Positions 30,766-38,497 of a stretch of DNA of 64,000 bases are shown piece after piece. The stretch's first letter is position 1, and each line of letters starts with the position of its first letter. The stretch is taken from the NCBI GenBank assembly GCA_024695935.1, contig JAILHH010000001.1:990-64989 (forward strand). Reading direction: 5' to 3'. The position numbers and the translations under genes were made by a program. The notes under the pieces were generated by a model. It was not told the origin of the DNA. It saw only the letters and a list, made by a program, of their open reading frames with translations, and did no database searches. The stretch is from Acetatifactor sp. GTDB lineage: Bacteria > Bacillota > Clostridia > Lachnospirales > Lachnospiraceae.

Positions 30766-30798
30766 GAGAGATCGATAAGCAATCGGTCTCTTTTTTTT
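30766..30798 (+). terminator. Orphan rho-independent terminator inside the intergenic region
   Basis: gagagatcgat-aagca-atcggtctctc followed by tttttttt. There is no CDS upstream within 330 nt. Confidence 0.65.
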
Positions 30799-30928
30799 AC
30801 TTGATTTTTTAAGTCTTTAAAAAATAGAATTAGGGATTATTTGAAGATGTAGAATAATAATGATAAGGCCTGTAGCTATTGTAAGTGAGATTGGACAAAC
30901 GTAGCGTGTTCATGAGAAAAAAAGATAG

Positions 30929-31174
30929 TTACTGCGGCTTGATTAGTTCTTCGAATGTTACATCAAATAGGTCACAAATCTTTTGTAATTCAATATCAGT
31001 AACGTAACGCTTTTGTGTTTCAATCCTGGTTATAACATTTTTGTCGACATCGCATCCTCTAATTTGTAATTGATGAGCTAAATCGCGCTGTGAAAGACCA
31101 TACTTTTGTCTTAATTTTATAAGGTTATCTGCTATTAAGTTTTTCTTTCCTAAATCTGATAGTGGCTTTGGCAC
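30929..31174 (-). CDS. XRE-family helix-turn-helix transcriptional regulator
   Basis: LRQKYGLSQRDLAHQL HTH; 81 aa; GTG start with AGGAGG RBS; divergent from the downstream cassette. Confidence 0.8.
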   Translation of the reverse strand: MPKPLSDLGKKNLIADNLIKLRQKYGLSQRDLAHQLQIRGCDVDKNVITRIETQKRYVTDIELQKICDLFDVTFEELIKPQ

Positions 31175-31348
31175 AAAACATGCCTCCTTCTCATACCTTG
31201 AAATCTAATTTTAGCCCGAAAATACGTGCAAATCGGTTGTAAAAATGAGACAAAAATGATAACATTAAAAAATAAAGATAGAAGATTTTTATGCAAAGTA
31301 AACAAATTAGTGCTGCAGGTGATTGAAAACAAAAATAGGAGGCATCAT

Positions 31349-32653
31349 ATGGCAATCGTTGAAGTTGTTAAATATAACGGGGCGGCAAATGTTTTTGCCT
31401 GGAAATATCCAAGCGAAGAATTAGGTACTTGGACTCAGCTTATCGTAAATGAATCTCAAGAAGCTGTGTTGTTTAAAGGTGGAAAAGCATTAGATGTATT
31501 TGGAAGTGGAAGACATACTTTAGAGACAAAGAATATTCCCCTATTAAATAAAATAGTAAATCTTCCCTTTGGCGGGAGATCTCCATTTACGGCGGAAGTA
31601 TGGTATGTTAATAAGCTTTTCAAACTTGATATCAAATGGGGGACAGCATCTCCAATTCAGATCCAAGACCCTAGATATGGAGTATTTGTACCTGTAAGAG
31701 CTAATGGTATGTTTGGAATTCAGATTGATGATTCTAATAAGTTTCTTGTTAAATTAGTAGGCTCTATGCCAGTCTTTGACGAACAAAGCATTATTAAGTA
31801 TTTCAGGGGATTGTATGTTACGAAGGTCAAGGATGCTATTTCTTCATATGTTGTAAAGAAGGGAATAAGCTTACTTGAAATAAATGCTTATATCGATGAA
31901 CTTTCTTCATTTATGAAAGAAAGAATTTGTCCTGAAATGTCAGATTATGGAATTAATTTAGTTAGTTTTTTCGTAAATGAGATAAGCATTCCTGAAGAGG
32001 ATCCTGCGGTAAAGAGATTAAAGGATGCATTAGCTAAGAAAGCTGAAATGAATATTATTGGATATAACTATCAGCAAGAAAGATCGTTTGATACGATGGA
32101 ATCTGCTGTTAAAAATGAAAGTATGGGCGCAGCACCGTTTATGGGAGCTGGAATGGGAATCGGTATGGGTGTTGGCGTCGGCGGTGTAATGGCAGGTTCT
32201 ATGGCAAATCTTGCAGGACAGATGAAGTTTGATGGAAATGATAATATGATTGAATGTCCTAAATGCCATTCGAAAATGGTTAAAGGTCAAAGATTTTGCG
32301 GATCTTGTGGATTTGATGCTCAGCAGGAAGAAACTTCATCCACCACAATAAAAATAATAAAATGTGCAAAGTGTGGAGCAGATAATAAAGGAGCAAAATT
32401 CTGTATGGTGTGTGGGAAAAAATACATTCCCTGCCCTGAATGTGGTGCTGATATGAATGAGGGTGAAACATCATGTGGTATATGTGGACATGAACTTCCT
32501 ATGAAGTGTCCCAGTTGTGGTGCAGATTTGCCTAGAGGTATAAAGTTCTGTCCTGAATGCGGAGCATCTGTGGTTAAGAAATGCCCTAATTGTGGCGTTA
32601 CAATAGAAGGCAATCCTAAATTCTGCCCTGAATGCGGAGAAAGTTTGAGGTGA
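31349..32653 (+). CDS. SPFH/Band-7 (Band_7_1-like) domain protein fused to a Gly/Met-rich linker and five tandem zinc ribbons
   Basis: The N-terminus has the Band_7_1 pattern (KYP...QLIV.ESQEAVLFKGGKA.DVFGSGRHTLETKNIPLL...FGG). The C-terminus has 5x CxxC-x9-10-CxxCG. Start chosen at the ATG after RBS ataggagg. Confidence 0.75.
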   Translation: MAIVEVVKYNGAANVFAWKYPSEELGTWTQLIVNESQEAVLFKGGKALDVFGSGRHTLETKNIPLLNKIVNLPFGGRSPFTAEVWYVNKLFKLDIKWGTASPIQIQDPRYGVFVPVRANGMFGIQIDDSNKFLVKLVGSMPVFDEQSIIKYFRGLYVTKVKDAISSYVVKKGISLLEINAYIDELSSFMKERICPEMSDYGINLVSFFVNEISIPEEDPAVKRLKDALAKKAEMNIIGYNYQQERSFDTMESAVKNESMGAAPFMGAGMGIGMGVGVGGVMAGSMANLAGQMKFDGNDNMIECPKCHSKMVKGQRFCGSCGFDAQQEETSSTTIKIIKCAKCGADNKGAKFCMVCGKKYIPCPECGADMNEGETSCGICGHELPMKCPSCGADLPRGIKFCPECGASVVKKCPNCGVTIEGNPKFCPECGESLR

Positions 32654-32657
32654 TTGA

Positions 32658-33341
32658 ATGAATAGATTAAAAACAGCCACAACAATAGGATGCGTATGTA
32701 TTCTGGCAACTATTATTATTTTTGCACTCTTTCATCCAGTAATACGACTATCAACAATTGTTGCATTTATCTTTATGCTGTATGCAGAGATTGTATTTTT
32801 TGGTGGTTTTCTATTTGTTGAGATCTTGGCAAAAAGAACTTCGGGAATACTTAGTAGAGCTGGAGTAGGTGTGACTATTGCGGGTTATTCTATCGTGGTT
32901 TTTCTGTCATCATTATTGTATTTGTTACATGGAAGCTTCTTTGTTCGACGGTTTCTAATATTACAGATATTCTTCTTTGTTGTAGCGTTTGCTATAGTTG
33001 CTATTTTAGCCTCATTTGCAAATTCTGCAGAGACAAGTGATTGTAAAATTCTGCAAGCTGATGCGATGATAAATAATTTCATAACAGAATTATCATTGAT
33101 AAGAGAAAAAGTAAAAGATAAATCATTAATTGACAAATTAATTGAATCGATTCGCTTTTCGGATTCATCGGTTGTGGTTGATTGTGATATAGAAATTGAA
33201 GAAAAGATTTCACAACTAAAGAAAATTGTGGCGGATGAGCAAATAGAATCCGAAGAGTATAAAAAACTGATTGAAGAGATAGAAATCTTAATAAAAAAGA
33301 GAAATATTCAAACAAAAAATATGAAGCAAGGTGGAGTCTAG
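32658..33341 (+). CDS. Membrane protein with 4 predicted TM helices and a C-terminal coiled-coil-like tail
   Basis: Hydrophobic stretches at residues 8-28, 32-55, 62-90 and 95-120; the C-terminus is charged and repetitive (EE/KK). No recognisable family. Confidence 0.6.
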   Translation: MNRLKTATTIGCVCILATIIIFALFHPVIRLSTIVAFIFMLYAEIVFFGGFLFVEILAKRTSGILSRAGVGVTIAGYSIVVFLSSLLYLLHGSFFVRRFLILQIFFFVVAFAIVAILASFANSAETSDCKILQADAMINNFITELSLIREKVKDKSLIDKLIESIRFSDSSVVVDCDIEIEEKISQLKKIVADEQIESEEYKKLIEEIEILIKKRNIQTKNMKQGGV

Positions 33342-33354
33342 GAGGAGAATGATT

Positions 33355-33984
33355 ATGGAAAAAGTAAAGAAATCGCCGTCATGGGTTGCTATTGTATTAT
33401 GGTTTATTTTCTTTTGGCCGGTAGGTGTTTATTTGCTAATTAAGAAAGTTACAAATGACAAGTCAGCCGCAATGCACAATAGCAAAGTTCTGCTAGGCAT
33501 AGGTATTTTTTTTCTGTTTTGTGCGTTTGTTATGATTACACAGTTGTTTGATTCTTCATCAGATACCAGTTCGACGCTATCTGGAGTTCTGTTTTACGGA
33601 GCAGGTGGAGGCGGGCTTATTTATGCGGCTAAACGTCTAAAAGATACTGGTGAAAGATACAAGAAGTTCATTGATATAGTAATTAATCAGAGGCAGACAA
33701 CGATTGATAATATCGCTTCTCAAATGGGGCTTGGATATGACGAGACCGTTAATGGTTTGCAGAAAATGATTGATAAGGGTTACTTTAATGGGGCTTATAT
33801 AGATCAGGGAAATCATGAAATTGTGTTGCTTAATATAAGTAATAACCAACCTATGGTTAATGATCATATTACAAATGTGAATGCTCAGCAGAGGACAGTT
33901 AAGTGTCCTAATTGTGGTGGAAATAATATTATTTACGTAGGGCAAGTTGCAGAGTGCGAGTTCTGCGGATCACCGATAGAATAA
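33355..33984 (+). CDS. Small membrane protein with 3 TM helices, a Gly-rich segment, a possible helix-turn-helix-like region and a C-terminal zinc ribbon (CPNCGG...CEFCG)
   Basis: Start at the ATG after RBS aggagg. TM segments WVAIVLWFIFFWPVGVYLLI, VLLGIGIFFLFCAFVMI and GVLFYGAGGGGLIYAA. Confidence 0.6.
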   Translation: MEKVKKSPSWVAIVLWFIFFWPVGVYLLIKKVTNDKSAAMHNSKVLLGIGIFFLFCAFVMITQLFDSSSDTSSTLSGVLFYGAGGGGLIYAAKRLKDTGERYKKFIDIVINQRQTTIDNIASQMGLGYDETVNGLQKMIDKGYFNGAYIDQGNHEIVLLNISNNQPMVNDHITNVNAQQRTVKCPNCGGNNIIYVGQVAECEFCGSPIE

Positions 33985-34089
33985 ATAATAGTTATTGTGT
34001 ATTAAAGGAATATAATGCCATCTATTTATTATTTGAATTAATCAAAAGACATTCAGTGATTGTAAAACGATGAGTTTGGGAGAGAAAAA

Positions 34090-35484
34090 ATGACTAATCT
34101 GCAACTAGAAATAGATGAGGGTATACTTCTTGAAAGTGATTCTTCATCATGGCTATCAAATGAGGATTATATACTTGAAAGTCTTGTTCTTACTAACAAG
34201 CATCTTTATTGTGTCTGTGAAAAAAGTAATGGTATTTTTAAAGGATATTCACATGAGACTATTACGTTTCTAATATCAGAAATTAAGATTATAAATGGAC
34301 AAGCATTGGTAAAACAAATAAAGATAGATGGCAGATGGTGCCTTCAAATTCAATTTAATCAAAGCATTGAATATTTTGAATTTTATGAAGTGCCAAAGAA
34401 AATTATTCCTACTTGGGTTTCTGAAATAAATAAGGTCCTGGGAATTGAGGAAATCAGTGAGCCTACAAATGGAAAAGAAACAAAATCCCAAAAGAGCGTA
34501 AGAGTTAGTAGTTTTTTTGTAAGCAAGAATCTTAAACAAGCAAATGAGACTGCAAAAGAGGCTGATTTGCTTGGTGAATCACAAGCCATCCAAGAAGTTA
34601 AACAAGATATAAAGCAAGAGATTAAGGAAGAGATAAAGCAAGAACTTAAGTTAGAAGAAAAAAGCGAAGATAATTTATTATATTGTATTGAATGTGGAAG
34701 TAAACTGTGCGAAGGAACTAACTATTGTCCGGAATGTGGTCGAATGTTAGTTCCTGGAAAAAAACATATTTTTTCAGATAAAGGGAATGCGGTGACATGT
34801 CTGGAAGAATCTGTCGACGTTTCAAGTGAACAGAAGCAACAGAGTGATGCTGAACGCTCACAATCAAATAAACAAGAAGAATATGTTGGAAAGGTTTTCA
34901 AATGCCCAAATTGTGGAGATATAATTGATTCGTTTACTCTGATTTGTCCATCCTGCGGCGTCGAGTTAAGAGGGATTGAAGCTTCAAAAACTTTGCATTC
35001 ATTTATGCTAGAGTTAAAGAATTCAGCATCAGACAGAGAAAAGGCAGCTATCATCGGTAATTTCCCCGTTCCAAATACAAAAGAGGATATTTATGAGTTT
35101 TTTGTAATGGCATCATCGAGTGTACTCGGGGAGAACTCTGAAGTGTTATTTGATGCATGGAATGTTAAAATGAACCAGTGTTATCAGAAAGCAAATTTAT
35201 CGATAAATGACGAGGCTGAGCTTGATAAGATACAGAGGATTTATGATAGTACATGTAAGCAGCTTGAGAAAAAAAGATCTAAACTCAGCGTTAATAAGAT
35301 CATATCAGTAATAAAAAAAGTTTTTTCCATTTTCCCTAATCCTATAGTTGCAGTAGTTTCGGTTTTTTTGGTAATTTTTGAAATTGAAAGACTGATACGC
35401 TTGGAATTCAATGGAACTGACATAATTTTTTGCGCTTTGATTTTAGGGCTTACATATAAGATATCATCCAAAAAACGAAAATGA
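34090..35484 (+). CDS. Bacterial PH-like (GRAM/bPH-like) N-terminal domain protein with a KQEIKEEIK repeat linker, two zinc ribbons and a C-terminal two-TM anchor
   Basis: The N-terminal 100 aa look like alternating beta strands with a hydrophobic core, typical of bPH. CIECG...CPECG and CPNCG...CPSCG. C-terminal hydrophobic helices IVAVVSVFLVIF and IIFCALILGL. Confidence 0.6.
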   Translation: MTNLQLEIDEGILLESDSSSWLSNEDYILESLVLTNKHLYCVCEKSNGIFKGYSHETITFLISEIKIINGQALVKQIKIDGRWCLQIQFNQSIEYFEFYEVPKKIIPTWVSEINKVLGIEEISEPTNGKETKSQKSVRVSSFFVSKNLKQANETAKEADLLGESQAIQEVKQDIKQEIKEEIKQELKLEEKSEDNLLYCIECGSKLCEGTNYCPECGRMLVPGKKHIFSDKGNAVTCLEESVDVSSEQKQQSDAERSQSNKQEEYVGKVFKCPNCGDIIDSFTLICPSCGVELRGIEASKTLHSFMLELKNSASDREKAAIIGNFPVPNTKEDIYEFFVMASSSVLGENSEVLFDAWNVKMNQCYQKANLSINDEAELDKIQRIYDSTCKQLEKKRSKLSVNKIISVIKKVFSIFPNPIVAVVSVFLVIFEIERLIRLEFNGTDIIFCALILGLTYKISSKKRK

Positions 35485-35501
35485 TTTGTGTACTTAATGT
35501 G

Positions 35502-35538
35502 AAAGGGTGTCAAGAAAAAATACTTGACACCCTTTTCT
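35502..35538 (+). terminator. Rho-independent terminator closing the accessory cassette
   Basis: aaagggtgtcaag-aaaaaatac-ttgacaccctttt. Confidence 0.8.
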
Positions 35539-35568
35539 TATTATTGTATTATAGCCAAGGTGATTTAA

Positions 35569-35919
35569 ATGGAGAAGATATTTGAGCAGGCTCTGTTGTA
35601 TGATTTTTACGGGGAACTGCTTACTGAACATCAAAAGAATATTTATGAAGCGGTAGTCTTTGATGATATGTCACTTTCAGAGATAGCTCTGGAGCAGGGC
35701 ATATCCAGACAGGGTGTGCATGACCTTGTGAAGAGATGTGACAAGATACTGCTTGGCTATGAAGAAAAACTCCATTTGGTTGAAAAGTTTACCGATGCCA
35801 AGAAAAAGATAGGCGGCATTGTGGAACTGCTGGATTCAGCTTCGGAAAACGCTGAGAACGTAGGAGAGAAACTTGAGTCCATCAAAACTCTTTCCAAAGA
35901 GCTTTTGGAAGATTGGTAG
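35569..35919 (+). CDS. ylxM: YlxM/UPF0122 putative DNA-binding protein, the conserved partner of ffh
   Basis: 116 aa with a sigma-70 region-4-like HTH (LSEIALEQGISRQGVHDLVKR); immediately upstream of ffh. Confidence 0.85.
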   Translation: MEKIFEQALLYDFYGELLTEHQKNIYEAVVFDDMSLSEIALEQGISRQGVHDLVKRCDKILLGYEEKLHLVEKFTDAKKKIGGIVELLDSASENAENVGEKLESIKTLSKELLEDW

Positions 35920-35927
35920 GATAAAGC

Positions 35928-37307
35928 ATGGCATTTGAAAGCCTTACAGATAAACTGCAAAATGTTTTCAAAAACCTGAGGGGCAAGGGAAGACTTTCCG
36001 AAGAGGATGTTAAACTTGCTTTAAAGGAAGTAAAAATGGCTTTGCTTGAAGCCGATGTTAACTTCAAAGTTGTAAAAAACTTTGTAAAGACTGTTGAGGA
36101 GAGGGCTGTGGGACAGGATGTCCTTACAGGCTTAAATCCCGCTCAGACAGTTATAAAGATAGTCAACGAAGAGCTTACATCCCTCATGGGAAGTGAGACA
36201 ACCGAGCTTTCGTTTCAGCCCGGAAAAGCCATTACGGTCATAATGATGGCGGGTCTTCAGGGTGCCGGTAAAACTACTGCAACCGCAAAGATCGCAGAGA
36301 AGTTAAAGACAAAGGGCAAGAAAAGCTTACTGGTTGCATGCGATATTTACAGACCTGCAGCTATTGAGCAGTTAAAGATAAACGGTGGAAAGATAAATGT
36401 TCCCGTATTTGATATGGGTACTGACAATCCTCCTCTGAGAATCGCGACAGAAGGTATCAAAGAAGCCGAAAAGATCGGTGCAAATGTTGTGATCTTAGAT
36501 ACGGCGGGACGACTTCATGTCGATGACGATATGATGAAGGAACTTGCCGAGATCAAGGAAAAAGTCGGTGTTCACCAGACCCTTTTGGTAGTCGATGCTA
36601 TGACCGGTCAGGATGCCGTTAACGTGGCAAACGAGTTCAATGAAAAGATCGGTATCGACGGAGTTGTTCTCTCAAAGATGGATGGCGATACAAGGGGCGG
36701 TGCCGCACTTTCAATCAAAGCGGTTACCGGAAAACCCATATTGTTCGTAAGCCAGGGTGAAAAACTTGAGGATCTGGATCAGTTTTATCCGGACAGAATG
36801 GCAGGCAGAATCCTGGGTATGGGAGACGTGCTCTCCCTTATTGACAAAGCAACTCAAAGCATTGATATAGATGAAGAAAAAAGCCGTGATATGGCCGGCC
36901 GTATGAAGAAAGGTAAATTCGATTTTGAAGATTACCTTGAAAGCATGAAACAGATGCGAAAGATGGGCGGACTGGCAAGTATCATGGGAATGCTTCCCGG
37001 GCTCGGGATGAAGAATATGAATGTGGATACGGATGAGTCGGAAAAACAGCTTAAGCGCACTGAGGCCATCATCCTGTCCATGACTCCTGAGGAGAGAAAA
37101 AATCCCAAGATATTAAATCCCAGGAGGAAATTCAGGATTGCCAAGGGTTGTGGCCTTGACATTGCAGAGGTCAACAGATTCGTAAAACAGTTTGAACAGA
37201 CCCAGAAGCTGATGAAACAGTTCGGAGGCGGCAAAAAACACGGCCGCGGAATGTTCCCCGGTATGGGCGGTTTCGGCGGAATGGGCAAAGGCGGATTTCC
37301 CTTTTGA
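35928..37307 (+). CDS. ffh: Signal recognition particle protein Ffh
   Basis: GLQGAGKTT, DTAGR and SKMDGDTRGG motifs, M-domain, Gly/Met-rich C-terminus. Confidence 0.95.
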   Translation: MAFESLTDKLQNVFKNLRGKGRLSEEDVKLALKEVKMALLEADVNFKVVKNFVKTVEERAVGQDVLTGLNPAQTVIKIVNEELTSLMGSETTELSFQPGKAITVIMMAGLQGAGKTTATAKIAEKLKTKGKKSLLVACDIYRPAAIEQLKINGGKINVPVFDMGTDNPPLRIATEGIKEAEKIGANVVILDTAGRLHVDDDMMKELAEIKEKVGVHQTLLVVDAMTGQDAVNVANEFNEKIGIDGVVLSKMDGDTRGGAALSIKAVTGKPILFVSQGEKLEDLDQFYPDRMAGRILGMGDVLSLIDKATQSIDIDEEKSRDMAGRMKKGKFDFEDYLESMKQMRKMGGLASIMGMLPGLGMKNMNVDTDESEKQLKRTEAIILSMTPEERKNPKILNPRRKFRIAKGCGLDIAEVNRFVKQFEQTQKLMKQFGGGKKHGRGMFPGMGGFGGMGKGGFPF

Positions 37308-37403
37308 TCCATTTAAGTAAATAAATTTAGTTGGATATGAACATTTGAAAAAAGGTTCTTACCATATATAACAATCATTTTTTTTAAAACGGAGGAAAAT
37401 AAA

Positions 37404-37649
37404 ATGGCAGTTAAGATCAGATTGAGAAGAATGGGACAGAAGAAGGCTCCTTTCTATAGAATCATCGTTGCTGATTCTCATTCACCCAGAGACGGTAGAT
37501 TCATCGAGGAGATCGGTACATACGATCCTTCAACAGATCCCAGCACCTTCAGAATCAATGAGGAAGCAGCTAAGAAGTGGCTTGCTAACGGTGCTCAGCC
37601 TACAGAGGTTGTTGGAAAACTTTTCAAGGCAGCCGGAATTGAGAAATAA
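37404..37649 (+). CDS. rpsP: 30S ribosomal protein S16
   Basis: [25 protein letters not shown]. Confidence 0.95.
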   Translation: MAVKIRLRRMGQKKAPFYRIIVADSHSPRDGRFIEEIGTYDPSTDPSTFRINEEAAKKWLANGAQPTEVVGKLFKAAGIEK

Positions 37650-37676
37650 TAAGTTAGTCTGCGCCGGAGGTGGATT

Positions 37677-37904
37677 ATGAAGGAATTAGTGGAAGTAATT
37701 GCTAAAGCCTTAGTTGACAAACCCGAAGAAGTTGTAGTTACAGAAAAAACAGAGGGCAAGAATATTATTATCGAGCTCCACGTTTCTTCTTCCGATATGG
37801 GAAAAGTAATCGGAAAACAGGGCAGAATAGCTAAAGCTATCAGAGCTGTAGTAAAGGCAGCATCATCTAAGGACAACACAAGAGTTGACGTTGAGATCGT
37901 CTAA
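37677..37904 (+). CDS. KH-domain RNA-binding protein (YlqC-like)
   Basis: VIGKQGRIAKAIRAV GXXG KH motif; 75 aa; conserved position between rpsP and rimM. Confidence 0.85.
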   Translation: MKELVEVIAKALVDKPEEVVVTEKTEGKNIIIELHVSSSDMGKVIGKQGRIAKAIRAVVKAASSKDNTRVDVEIV

Positions 37905-37981
37905 AATGAATTCAAGGAGAGGCACACAGTGTTTCTCCTTGTTTTAATCAAGAGGATTTATATACGCAGGAAAGAGAGATT

Positions 37982-38488
37982 ATGGAAAAAGAATTCAAGA
38001 TCGGTGTGATAACACAGCCTCACGGTGTCAGAGGAGAAGTAAAAGTATTTCCCACCACTGATGATCCCGGCAGATTCAAGAAATTAAAATCCTGTATTCT
38101 GGATACGGGCAAAGAGCGAAGCGTTGTAGAGATAGAGAGTGTCAAGTTTTTCAAACAGTTCGTCATAATCAAATTCAAAGGCTTTGATTCCATGAATGAT
38201 GTGGAAAGGCTCAGACAAAGTGAACTTTTGGTAGAAAGAGAAAAGGCAGTGAAACTCTCTAAGGATGAGTATTTTATTGCCGATCTCATAGGTATAGAAG
38301 TCTTTGATGAAAATGATGTAAAGATCGGTGAGATCACTGATGTGATGCAGACAGGTGCCAACGATGTTTATGTCGTAGGGACAGTTAGCGGTGAAGAGAT
38401 CCTCTTACCCGCCATCAAGGACTGTATTTTGAATGTGGATATTGAAAATCTGAAAATGACCGTTCATATCATGGACGGATTGATATAG
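37982..38488 (+). CDS. rimM: Ribosome maturation factor RimM
   Basis: IGVITQPHGVRGEVKV N-terminus and PRC-barrel C-terminus. Confidence 0.9.
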   Translation: MEKEFKIGVITQPHGVRGEVKVFPTTDDPGRFKKLKSCILDTGKERSVVEIESVKFFKQFVIIKFKGFDSMNDVERLRQSELLVEREKAVKLSKDEYFIADLIGIEVFDENDVKIGEITDVMQTGANDVYVVGTVSGEEILLPAIKDCILNVDIENLKMTVHIMDGLI

Positions 38489-38497
38489 GAATAAAAC

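Noticed and set aside
32320-32709. 129-aa minus-strand ORF antisense to the zinc-ribbon array
   Set aside because: It is a His/Pro/Gln-rich low-complexity translation of the complement of the repeated CxxCG codons. It is an artefact of the repeat.
30435-35568. Integrated prophage or IS element as the explanation for the island
   Set aside because: There is no integrase, recombinase, transposase, phage structural gene or terminal inverted repeat flanking the whole segment. Only a compositional shift and a regulator were found. Mobility is therefore unproven.
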